NCBI RefSeq assembly: GCF_000011805.1
Contig: NC_006840.2
Direction: 5' to 3' (one strand)
Source of the DNA: Aliivibrio fischeri ES114
Lineage (GTDB): Bacteria > Pseudomonadota > Gammaproteobacteria > Enterobacterales > Vibrionaceae
DNA: 32,000 bases
The translations under genes and the position numbers were made by a program. Positions 8,973 to 17,784 of the stretch are shown here, piece by piece; positions within the stretch are counted from its first letter, which is position 1, and every line of letters begins with the position of its first letter. The notes below the pieces were generated by a model. It did not search any database. It saw only the letters and a program-made list of their open reading frames with translations, and was not told where the DNA came from.

Positions 8973-9998
8973 TTAATTCACATACATAGCACATTCATCA
9001 TCAATATCTTCTGGTGGGAAATAATTTTCTCTCACGTAGAATTTATTTAGTAACTTAATCACTGAATGTTTCTTTACTGGTTTTTCTTCCATCAAACCAT
9101 GTAGCTTTCTCGCTACATTTTGAATGCTTAACAAGTTCTCTAAAGGCAATATTGCTTCTAGCTCATTCTTTAAATCATGTGCATCTTCGTTATGGTTCGC
9201 TACCGCTAAATAAGCCCAAATATAAGCTACTGCATTATGAGATGAAGATACCTTTTGATTATATTGAGCCGCTCTGTATTGTGATTCAGGAGCTTTAAGT
9301 TCACCACCACGTTCTGCCCAATAGATAGCCTTATAAACGTTTTTCTGCGTCCCTATTCCATGGTAATAACAAGAGCTTACTGTTGTCATTGCCTTAGGAT
9401 CATCTTGATAAGCCGCTTTTAGCATCCAATAAAAACCTTCAGGATGTCCATCTTGTTGCTTTTGATACCATTGCGCTAAAAACAATTGAGATTCTAAATG
9501 GTTCTGTAATGCCAATTTAGTAATGGTTTTCGTTCCTAGCTCTATGTCTTTTTCACAACCAGTACCTGTGAGATACAATTTACCTAGAGTTAAAGAAGCA
9601 CTAATATCACCTTGGCTATCATCAAGTCTAGCCGCCCAGTAATCCGACTTTTCTGTTGCTTCAGGATCGTCGTAATTATCATCATATAAACGCACTAGAG
9701 CGTAAAAGGCTTGTTGGCTATTTTGTTCAGCCGCTTTTAAATACCATTTAATCGCACCATTTTGGTCAACCAATTCAAGGTCAGCCCCTAAAGCTAATTG
9801 GGCTGTTATATTTCCATTTTTTGCTCGTTGAATTTTGTCCTTTTTATCCGCTTCGTCATCAAACGGAACCACTGGAGACTTATGACTACTTTGTTGATTT
9901 TGTCGAATCGTTAACTTTTTTTTCTTTTCTGTAGTTTGAAAGTGTAGAACCATCAAAATAAGGCACACAACACTACAAAAAAATAAGAACCAATACAT
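8973..9998 (-). CDS. Membrane-anchored Sel1-repeat (TPR-like) protein
   Basis: It has an N-terminal hydrophobic helix (MYWFLFFCSVVCLILMVLHF) and then a Lys/Asp-rich linker. Several Sel1-type repeats follow (…AIKWYLKAAEQNSQQAFYAL…, …GFYWMLKAAYQDDPKAM…YYHGIGTQKNVYKAIYWAERGG…). Confidence 0.7.
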   Translation of the reverse strand: MYWFLFFCSVVCLILMVLHFQTTEKKKKLTIRQNQQSSHKSPVVPFDDEADKKDKIQRAKNGNITAQLALGADLELVDQNGAIKWYLKAAEQNSQQAFYALVRLYDDNYDDPEATEKSDYWAARLDDSQGDISASLTLGKLYLTGTGCEKDIELGTKTITKLALQNHLESQLFLAQWYQKQQDGHPEGFYWMLKAAYQDDPKAMTTVSSCYYHGIGTQKNVYKAIYWAERGGELKAPESQYRAAQYNQKVSSSHNAVAYIWAYLAVANHNEDAHDLKNELEAILPLENLLSIQNVARKLHGLMEEKPVKKHSVIKLLNKFYVRENYFPPEDIDDECAMYVN

Positions 9999-10236
9999 AT
10001 CTATATCATCGAAAAGGAATACGTTTTTTTGAGGCCTTATTCTAATGATTTTTATTCAGAATGAGAACGAATACATGATAGCAAAACAGTAATTAGGGCT
10101 ATTTTTTATAAAAAAATGCGACAAAAATAAATAAAAAAAACATATTCAGTTTTTATTCAATATTCCTAGCTTTGTGACTGGTTTTTTTCAATAAGTTAGC
10201 TAAGGTATAATTAAAATTATTATTTATTTGGTTAGT

Positions 10237-12591
10237 ATGAAAAAACTCTATCGTTACGTTTTATTTACTTTTTTGTTGATATTCTCTCAGCTCAGTTTTG
10301 CCAATTGGGATCTCACTGACAATCAACCAATAGAGATTAGCGCTCAAGCGACAAATATTGAGGCGGATATTCGTGCACTTCCTGAACAGCATTTCTTTTC
10401 AAATAACGATTATGCTCAAGTAAAACGATTACTTTCTACTACTATTTCGCAGCAAAAAGAGCATGCAACCGCTCTTAAAGAGGCATTAGCCACTTACAGA
10501 GAAGACAGTAGCAATCAAAACTGGATTGCAGTAGAAACTGTTCATCAATCATTGACTTCACTAAACCTAAGTAAAGAGCAACTGCTTAAGCTAACAAATA
10601 GCACAACACGAGAGCAATTAACCGGTTTTGGTCCTTATGGTGTTACCCAATTCTATTCTGAGTTATCCATTACCAAACTCAATATCGAATATTATCTACA
10701 TTACCAAATTCGTAGTTTTAAAAACCTACTAAAAGACTTAACCATTTCACCAGTTCCAATTATTAGTGTTATTTTTAAAGTGCTTTGTGTTTTCTTTATT
10801 TTTAGTTGGTGGATGAAAAATAGCTCTCGACTTATCAACGACTTTAAAACATCAAAATTAGAAAACGGCACCAAACCGAATTTCTTTATTAGAAGTATTT
10901 GGTATTTAACCCGTGCACATAAAGCAATAGCGTGGCTATTATTAATCACGGTCACATTACGAATCGTATCCACATTACCAAGCCTACAACACTTAATATT
11001 CTTAGAAATCTTCACTTGGTGGATTTTAGGTGGTTCTATTGCTGTTAGCTTTATTCTTGAATTTATTTATCGCAATAGTAAGCATAACAAAAAAGAAATT
11101 ATCGCTCTTCGTTTATCGACGGTTCGCCATTATGTTTGGGGGATAATTGTTGCAGGCGTAATTTTACAAATATCCTCTCGTACATTAGGACAAGGTACTA
11201 TCTATGCGTGGATAAACTCTCTAATGTATTTATTTTTTGTGCTCCTTACTATTCATACATTAAGAAAGTGGAAACCAACGGTTTTCGAAAGAATCGAACG
11301 TGTTGACCCTCTACCTCTATCTATTCAATGGGCGAAAAGAAATCAAAAGACTTTCCTTATTTCAATCGCTGCTACCGCTTGTGGCGCCGCTTGGTTATCT
11401 TGGCGAGCACTTCAACACTCGATTATTGCACTGTTATCGCAATACGCTGCATTCAGTCACGCATTGGCTTACTTATTCAGAATTGAAGTAGCTAAGCAAA
11501 CAGAAGTTGCACGTGAGCAATCCAATCTCGTTCGTGTTAAAGGTACGGCAGCATTTGATTACATTGCTCCTGGTTCTGAAGATTCAGAGCTTATTGAAGA
11601 TTATGCTAAAGATGAAATGTCTGCTCTTTCACGTTACTTATTAACCGAAAGTCCTGCTGTATGTGTGCTATCTGGTGAACGTGGTGTAGGTACAACTACC
11701 CTTCTTAATCGTATTTTAAATAAAGTAAAAAACGCGACACCGATTTATATTAATTGCCCATACGATGGCTATTCTGCTTTGCTTCCTGAACTGGCAAAAC
11801 AATTAGGACTAGATGAAGAATCAAGTGAGCGTGATATTCTTCAATACCTGCGTAACAGCGATACTTGTTATCTGCTTGCGTTTGATAGTGCGCAACGGTT
11901 AGTAAAACCCAAAGTGAATGGCTTAGCCGATTTAATGAAACTAACTAATTTATTGCGTCGAGCTCGTAAAAGTCATCGAGTGGTACTGGCTATTGAGAAA
12001 TCGTGCTGGCGCTTTATTGACCGTGCTCGTGGCGAAAGATTACTATTTGATTTAGTAACTTTTATGCCTAAATGGGATGAAAAGCAAATTGGTCAATTAT
12101 TAGAGTCGAGAATTACCCTATCTGAAGGTCAACCTACAATTTCATTTGATGGCTTAGTGCTACCAAGACAGTGGGATGAAGAAAACCTAACAGAGGAAGA
12201 ACGAGCGAGAAATGGATTCTATCGCATTCTTTGGGATTACTCTGATGGTAACCCTACAGTTGCACTTCGTTTCTTTAGATTATCACTTCACCGTGATAAA
12301 GACACTGATGCTATTTTGGTTCGTTTATTTAGAGCACCGCACTCTGATGACTTAGAAACCATGCCAAAACCTATGTTGGCAGTACTTAGATCAATTGTAC
12401 AGTTGGAGGTCGCCTCTCCTGCTGATGTATGTGATTGTAGCCGCTTAAGCATGGCTGAAGTTATCAGTACGCTTCGTTATTTCCAAAGTCGTGGCTACAT
12501 TGAATGGAGTGATGATAAAGCAAGGATCTCTGATCACTGGTTCCGCCACATTACTAATGTTCTTCATCGTCAACATTTATTGGTGAAATAA
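10237..12591 (+). CDS. Multi-domain membrane protein: signal peptide, periplasmic helical region, ~6 TM helices, cytoplasmic P-loop NTPase with atypical Walker A, C-terminal wHTH-like domain; function unknown
   Basis: I prefer ATG 10237 (MKKLYRYVLFTFLLIFSQLSFA) to the TTG at 10228. Hydrophobic helices span about aa 172-395. The P-loop is VCVLSGERGVGTTTLLNRIL and the Walker-B-like motif is CYLLAFDS. The C-terminus …LSMAEVISTLRYFQSRGYIEW… looks like a winged helix. Confidence 0.7.
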   Translation: MKKLYRYVLFTFLLIFSQLSFANWDLTDNQPIEISAQATNIEADIRALPEQHFFSNNDYAQVKRLLSTTISQQKEHATALKEALATYREDSSNQNWIAVETVHQSLTSLNLSKEQLLKLTNSTTREQLTGFGPYGVTQFYSELSITKLNIEYYLHYQIRSFKNLLKDLTISPVPIISVIFKVLCVFFIFSWWMKNSSRLINDFKTSKLENGTKPNFFIRSIWYLTRAHKAIAWLLLITVTLRIVSTLPSLQHLIFLEIFTWWILGGSIAVSFILEFIYRNSKHNKKEIIALRLSTVRHYVWGIIVAGVILQISSRTLGQGTIYAWINSLMYLFFVLLTIHTLRKWKPTVFERIERVDPLPLSIQWAKRNQKTFLISIAATACGAAWLSWRALQHSIIALLSQYAAFSHALAYLFRIEVAKQTEVAREQSNLVRVKGTAAFDYIAPGSEDSELIEDYAKDEMSALSRYLLTESPAVCVLSGERGVGTTTLLNRILNKVKNATPIYINCPYDGYSALLPELAKQLGLDEESSERDILQYLRNSDTCYLLAFDSAQRLVKPKVNGLADLMKLTNLLRRARKSHRVVLAIEKSCWRFIDRARGERLLFDLVTFMPKWDEKQIGQLLESRITLSEGQPTISFDGLVLPRQWDEENLTEEERARNGFYRILWDYSDGNPTVALRFFRLSLHRDKDTDAILVRLFRAPHSDDLETMPKPMLAVLRSIVQLEVASPADVCDCSRLSMAEVISTLRYFQSRGYIEWSDDKARISDHWFRHITNVLHRQHLLVK

Positions 12592-12592
12592 T

Positions 12593-13468
12593 ATGCTTCG
12601 TATTTTTATATTTTTTATAACGCTCGGATTTGGTTCGCTTGCATTTGCAGAAGAAGCACAATCTATCGACAACTTACAGCAGTTCGCTAGTCTAATTCGT
12701 TGGAGCGGTGTTGCTTTCTCATTTGTTATCGTATTTGTTGCTTGGTTACTGTTACGCTTTACCCAATCAATTGTAGATGGAATAAGTAGTCAATTTGCTC
12801 AACGTCGAATGTTGATGCAAAAACTGCAATCTTTCTTTCAATTCTTTATTTATATGTCAACGGGTATGGCTGTTTTCATGCTTAGCTTCCGTGTTGATGA
12901 GCGTGTGTTAGCACTAATCGGTGGTACGATTGCTGTCTCTGTTGGCTTTGCACTGAAAGACTTAACTGCATCATTCATCGCTGGATTAACAGTAATGATC
13001 GATCGCCCTTTCCAAGTCGGTGATCGCGTAACGTTTGAAGGTAATTATGGAGACATTATCGCTATTGGTTTACGTTCTGTTCGAATGCAAACTCTAAACG
13101 ATGACATTATTACTATCCCTAACAACAAATTCTTAAATGAAGTTGCTGTAAGTGGAAACTATGGTGCATTAGATATGCAAGTTGTTATTCCATTTTATAT
13201 TGGTATGGACCAAGACATTAATACCGCAAGAGATATTATTCAAGAAGCGGCATCTTCTAGTCGTTATATCCACTTACCTAAGCCTGTGGTTGTACTAGTG
13301 AAGCAAACCATTACAGATAATTATTTAGCCATTCAATTAACTTGTAAGGCTTACGTGGTAGATATTAAGTTTGAAAAGCTGTTCGAAACGGATATCACCT
13401 TACGTGTTATGCAAGAATTCAGAAAATCAGACATATTCCCGCCAGCCATTGCCGTTCAAAACAAATAG
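12593..13468 (+). CDS. Small-conductance mechanosensitive channel (MscS) family protein
   Basis: GGTIAVSVGFALKDLTASFIAGLTVMIDRPFQVGDRVTF…GDIIAIGLRSVRMQTLNDDIITIPNNKF is the MscS pore-helix and beta-domain signature. The ATG lies 1 nt after the stop of the upstream gene. Confidence 0.85.
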   Translation: MLRIFIFFITLGFGSLAFAEEAQSIDNLQQFASLIRWSGVAFSFVIVFVAWLLLRFTQSIVDGISSQFAQRRMLMQKLQSFFQFFIYMSTGMAVFMLSFRVDERVLALIGGTIAVSVGFALKDLTASFIAGLTVMIDRPFQVGDRVTFEGNYGDIIAIGLRSVRMQTLNDDIITIPNNKFLNEVAVSGNYGALDMQVVIPFYIGMDQDINTARDIIQEAASSSRYIHLPKPVVVLVKQTITDNYLAIQLTCKAYVVDIKFEKLFETDITLRVMQEFRKSDIFPPAIAVQNK

Positions 13469-13480
13469 TTATTCTATTAA

Positions 13481-13520
13481 AGGTAGCATGATAAACCATG
13501 CTACCTCTCTCTTTTCTCTC
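13481..13520 (+). terminator. Probable terminator after the MscS-like gene
   Basis: A 10-bp perfect stem AGGTAGCATG / CATGCTACCT with a 6-nt loop is followed by a C/T-rich tail containing TTTT. Confidence 0.45.
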
Positions 13521-13606
13521 TTGAGTAATTAACTTATCGCTCGCCGTACTGTGCTTTTATTGCTAACATACAAACAATAATATTTTGTTAACTCGTTGGT
13601 TATGTA

Positions 13607-14302
13607 ATGAAAATACTTTTAAAATCGTTAGTTATATCTGCTTCATTATGCTCACCTTTTGTTCTAGCTAACAGTGAAGCTCATAGTGATTATCTAAAAG
13701 GCACGGCTTATTTAAATCAAGATAACTATAAAGAAGCAATTACTTGGTTAACCAGTGCTGCTAATAATGGTTCTATTGAAGCACAAAACAAAATTGGAAC
13801 TATTTATGCGAAAGGGATCGGTACTGAAGCAAACACACAACTTGCTACCCAGTATTTTTTGAAAGCCGCAGCAAACCAAAGTTCTATGGCTTACTATAAC
13901 CTTGGTAAAATCTACGAATCAGAAGAAAAATATTCAACATCTATTGATTGGTATAACAAAGCAATTGAAGAAAATAACAGTAATGCAATGAATAACCTTG
14001 CTGACTTATATCTTCATGGCAAAGGGCTTGTTCAAAATACTCACCAAGCAGAATTACTTTATATTCAAGCTGCTGAATTAGGTAATGCTACAGCGATGCG
14101 TAATCTTGGTTTCTTATACACTAACAATAAAGAAGTTAAACAAGACATGAGCAAAGCGTATTTTTGGTTTAACCTTGCTGCTGAAAAAGACTTCCCAGAT
14201 GCAGATAAGTACCGTGACTATACAGGGAAAAAGCTAAGTAAAAGTAAACGCATTAAAGTTCAAAATGAAGCACTTGAATGGTTAGAACAGCATAATAGTT
14301 AA
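13607..14302 (+). CDS. Secreted Sel1-repeat protein
   Basis: It has a signal peptide (MKILLKSLVISASLCSPFVLANSEA) and 5-6 Sel1 repeats (…AITWLTSAANNGSIEAQNKIGTIYAKGIGTEAN…, …AELLYIQAAELGNATAMRNLGFLY…). Confidence 0.8.
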   Translation: MKILLKSLVISASLCSPFVLANSEAHSDYLKGTAYLNQDNYKEAITWLTSAANNGSIEAQNKIGTIYAKGIGTEANTQLATQYFLKAAANQSSMAYYNLGKIYESEEKYSTSIDWYNKAIEENNSNAMNNLADLYLHGKGLVQNTHQAELLYIQAAELGNATAMRNLGFLYTNNKEVKQDMSKAYFWFNLAAEKDFPDADKYRDYTGKKLSKSKRIKVQNEALEWLEQHNS

Positions 14303-14332
14303 TTTATAACCATAAAATAAGCAGACAAACAA

Positions 14333-14366
14333 GGCCACATCAGTAATTCACTGATGCGGCCTTTTT
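14333..14366. terminator. Bidirectional rho-independent terminator
   Basis: GGCCACATCAG-taattca-CTGATGCGGCC (one mismatch) is followed by T5. It lies between convergent genes. Confidence 0.7.
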
Positions 14367-14368
14367 AA

Positions 14369-15841
14369 TTATCGTTTAGCGAACTTATTTTCTATTACTT
14401 TAGGTAACCATGCGGCATAAACAAAAAGACCAAAAATAACAGTAAAATTACCGATAGTTCTGATTACCAACACATTCAGACTACTCGCTTCAACTTGTGT
14501 TAATAAATAATTTACGCCATACCTAGCTAACATTACACTCAATACAATTGTTATCAATGCAATTAATTTTACTTTTTCATCATTAATCACTTTAGGTTTA
14601 GAGCAAGCAATCGCTGCAACTACCCCCCAACATATTGCTGCTGCATATAAATAGTACACATACGCCATAATAAATGCGATGCCACTTATAACCACACTGA
14701 GCAATAACCAAAAATGTAAGCTTCCAATCACTTGATACAGCAAATCACCGTGTTTCTTCTGCATATTTGAGAAATGATAGAAAACCATTCCACCCAAACA
14801 CACACCGACAATGGCATCAGATACAAAATGAACACCGAGCCAAACTCGCGCTATTGATTGCCCTATTATTAGAATAATGAAAATGCATGCGTACCGTTTT
14901 AGTATTTTTTCTGGGAGTGATAATCTTTTTAAAATTAAATAAAAAGTACCGTAAATCACAACAGATAACATACTGTGCATACTTGGCATACCAAAACCAA
15001 CGGCTTCAGTTAATTGCAGTTGTGGTATATAAACAAAAGGACGTGGTAACCCTAAACCTTGCTTAGCCAACCCAGTTAAAACTATCGATAAAATAATACC
15101 AAACAATAAGGTTAAAGCAGAATTTCGACCAAAATAAACCAACGCAATAATAACGAAAAAGTAGAAGAAACCTTCTTTGCCAGTTTCGTTAATTAAGGTG
15201 AATATCGTTTTAACACTCAGTGTGACCACTTGCGGTAATTGATCTATTTTCGCACGAAGTGACGAGAGTAAATCCAACTCAAATTGATGAACTTTAGGTG
15301 CCTGATCAACAAGGTTAGTTACCCATAATATTTTATTCTCTGCGCTCGTTGTATCTAAAGACCATTGTTGTAATAACGGTAATTGTCCCGGGTAACGATA
15401 TTTATTTTCTGGGATCTTATACACTTCACTTAAATAAACCGCTTCAGTTTCTATACCGTAATGAGGAGCAAACCACGAAGGTATACGAAATAAGCCATTA
15501 ATGGTTTCTAGATCAAACGCAACAATATCGGATTCACTTACACAACGAAATATTGCTGCTGTTTCATCTTCGATAAGCAACTCTTTAGCTGTAACAACTA
15601 ATCCAGTTTCTTCCCATACTTCTCTTTCTGCGGCTTCTTGAGGTGTCTCTCCTCTCTCTTTATCAATGGTTCCACCTGGCAGTGATAATTTTCCAGTAAT
15701 TAATTCTTCAACTAAAACGACATGACTGCCATCACCAATAACGCATACTGCACCTTTTGGTTGAACAATATTGGCTGATGCACTGTGCATTGAAAATAGA
15801 GATAAAATAAATACAAATATGTTAAATAGTGGCATTTTCAT
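14369..15841 (-). CDS. Fusion protein: N-terminal signal/anchor, Nudix hydrolase domain, PAP2 (type-2 phosphatidic-acid-phosphatase family) membrane domain, extra C-terminal TM helices
   Basis: The Nudix box is GGTIDKERGETPQEAAEREVWEETGL (nt 15599-15676). The PAP2 motifs are KQGLGLPRP, PSMHS and ARVWLGVHFVSD. The N-terminus MKMPLFNIFVFILSLFSMHSASA looks Sec-cleavable. Confidence 0.75.
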   Translation of the reverse strand: MKMPLFNIFVFILSLFSMHSASANIVQPKGAVCVIGDGSHVVLVEELITGKLSLPGGTIDKERGETPQEAAEREVWEETGLVVTAKELLIEDETAAIFRCVSESDIVAFDLETINGLFRIPSWFAPHYGIETEAVYLSEVYKIPENKYRYPGQLPLLQQWSLDTTSAENKILWVTNLVDQAPKVHQFELDLLSSLRAKIDQLPQVVTLSVKTIFTLINETGKEGFFYFFVIIALVYFGRNSALTLLFGIILSIVLTGLAKQGLGLPRPFVYIPQLQLTEAVGFGMPSMHSMLSVVIYGTFYLILKRLSLPEKILKRYACIFIILIIGQSIARVWLGVHFVSDAIVGVCLGGMVFYHFSNMQKKHGDLLYQVIGSLHFWLLLSVVISGIAFIMAYVYYLYAAAICWGVVAAIACSKPKVINDEKVKLIALITIVLSVMLARYGVNYLLTQVEASSLNVLVIRTIGNFTVIFGLFVYAAWLPKVIENKFAKR

Positions 15842-15848
15842 TCTTAAA

Positions 15849-16325
15849 TTACCTATTCAATGGCTTGCGTAAATAATGAATATGCTCATTCAATCCTTGT
15901 TTATTATAGAATTCCAATGCCCCTTTATTAAAATCCCACACTTCTACAAAAATCTCTTTTACACCATAATCTTTTAATTCTTGTTCTATTCGCATCATTA
16001 ATTGCTCAGCAACACCTTCGCGTCGATATTCTTTTTCAATATATAGTTCATCTATGGTTGCCATCATTACTAGTTTACTCACCGTTGAAATTAATTCGCA
16101 AAAATGACCAGTAATAAACCCAATAATAACGTCATCCATTTCCGCCACATACACCATACATTCAGGATCATCTAAATATCGAGCGATACTTTTCTCTTCT
16201 TCAATTTCAGAAGCTGTTTTGAATAAATCTGGACATTGTTGGTGATGTTCATCGTGTAATTTATACATCAGTGAATTTAAACAATAGAGATCAATCTCTT
16301 TTGCTCGACGGATAACTGGAGCCAT
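15849..16325 (-). CDS. GNAT-family N-acetyltransferase
   Basis: …IGFITGHF…IDELYIEKEYRREGVAEQLMMRIEQELKDYGVKEIFVEVWDFNKGALEFYNKQGL is a GNAT motif A/B region. I moved the start to ATG 16325, because the TTG start at 16376 lies inside the fadL terminator T-tract. Confidence 0.8.
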   Translation of the reverse strand: MAPVIRRAKEIDLYCLNSLMYKLHDEHHQQCPDLFKTASEIEEEKSIARYLDDPECMVYVAEMDDVIIGFITGHFCELISTVSKLVMMATIDELYIEKEYRREGVAEQLMMRIEQELKDYGVKEIFVEVWDFNKGALEFYNKQGLNEHIHYLRKPLNR

Positions 16326-16372
16326 GTAAATACCAAATAAGAAATGAGGCGTAATTAGAGCATGTTTGCTAA

Positions 16373-16404
16373 ACAAAAAAAAGGCTCGGAATAATCAGAG
16401 CCTT
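16373..16404 (-). terminator. Rho-independent terminator of fadL
   Basis: The minus strand reads AAGGCTCTGA-ttat-TCCGAGCCTT followed by T8, 37 nt after the fadL stop. Confidence 0.7.
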
Positions 16405-16440
16405 GAATCATTGAGGTGCATAGCAATTTTATGAGTTATT

Positions 16441-17784
16441 TTAGAAACTATGACTCAATTGAATAGCGGCTAACACAGCATTAGCGTGTGTGGTTGCAGT
16501 TAAAGATGGATTAGGCGTAGTAATGCCCATCATATCCGGAATATCTTGAACCTCTGAAACCTCAACATCTTCACCAATTAAATACGTAAAACCAAAATCT
16601 ACGCTGGTTTGGTTACTCCAGTTATAAGTGAAACCAGTTGAAAACCATTGTCTATCTGAATCAGGAATCGAAATTGACGTAATTTCATCTACTGGCGTTT
16701 TATCAAACATATAGCCTGCACGTAATGTCCATTTTTTATTTAAGTAATAAGTTGTACCTACAGCGATATGATATGAGTTTTTCCAATTGTATTCTTTTAC
16801 CGAAATACGTTGATCAGAATTAACATCATTAATATCAACAGAATCAAATGCAGACCAACCAATCCACTGATAACTATAATGGATTGCCACTTTATCGGTT
16901 AGTAAATGATAACCCGAAAATTCAGCAATATCAGGTAGCGGTAAATACACACTATCACTTGTCACGCCATGTACATGATTCTCTAAATAATCAACATCAC
17001 CTTCCGCTTCAACTTCTGGACTGTATTTATAACTTAAACCAAAACGATTGCGCTCATTAACCTGATATACAACACCAACATTCCCGCCAATGCCTACACC
17101 AGTAGCTGATATATCCAAGGCTTTAGTTTTCTTAATAGAACAATCTTTTGCTCCCGCAAAAGGCTTATTACAAATCGTACTGTCAAGATCCCGATATAAA
17201 TTACCAATACCATAAATAACATCAATTCCAGCACCAAAACTCCATTGTTCATTAAGCTTATATGCCAAACTAAAACCGATATTGGCACTTTTTACCTCTG
17301 TTTTCCCACCAAAAATAGAAGCATCATAGTTATCCTCAAATTCTGTGCCTGTCCCAAAATTAGAATAACTTGCGAATCCAAATGCCCATTTATCATTTAA
17401 GGGGTGAATTACATAAAAATTTGGAACAAACTCCGTTCCTGCAATCCCATCAGTATTAGAAACCGTCATACTGTTGAATCCTATTCCTGTCGGAATCCCC
17501 ATATTTTCATTAATTTTCAGTTGTTGATATTCTACATTTTCCACACTTACATCAGGCTTAACCATAGTTAACCCCATTGAAATGGATGTTGAATCAAACA
17601 TCGTCATTGCCGCCGCATTACGACTTAATACTGAAGCGTTATCTGCAATAACCGCCTCACCTGCAAACGCTCGACCTAAACCTGTAGCTGAATGTTCGTT
17701 TACTTGAAATCCTCCAGCTATAGATGTCGCACTAATAAATAAAGTACTTGTTGCAAGCAGCGTACGCGAAAATGTTGTATTCAT
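16441..17784 (-). CDS. fadL: Outer-membrane long-chain fatty acid / hydrophobic compound transporter (FadL/OMPP1/TodX family)
   Basis: A signal peptide is followed by GGFQVNEHSATGLGRAFAGEAVIADNASVLSRNAAAMT, the FadL hatch motif. The protein has beta-barrel periodicity and a C-terminal Phe. Confidence 0.85.
   Translation of the reverse strand: MNTTFSRTLLATSTLFISATSIAGGFQVNEHSATGLGRAFAGEAVIADNASVLSRNAAAMTMFDSTSISMGLTMVKPDVSVENVEYQQLKINENMGIPTGIGFNSMTVSNTDGIAGTEFVPNFYVIHPLNDKWAFGFASYSNFGTGTEFEDNYDASIFGGKTEVKSANIGFSLAYKLNEQWSFGAGIDVIYGIGNLYRDLDSTICNKPFAGAKDCSIKKTKALDISATGVGIGGNVGVVYQVNERNRFGLSYKYSPEVEAEGDVDYLENHVHGVTSDSVYLPLPDIAEFSGYHLLTDKVAIHYSYQWIGWSAFDSVDINDVNSDQRISVKEYNWKNSYHIAVGTTYYLNKKWTLRAGYMFDKTPVDEITSISIPDSDRQWFSTGFTYNWSNQTSVDFGFTYLIGEDVEVSEVQDIPDMMGITTPNPSLTATTHANAVLAAIQLSHSF

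Noticed and set aside
10206-10211. A perfect TATAAT 26 nt upstream of the NTPase ATG, as its -10 element.
   Set aside because: No acceptable -35 lies at 16-18 bp spacing, and TATAAT-like hexamers are frequent in this AT-rich spacer. It is plausible but not supportable from sequence alone.
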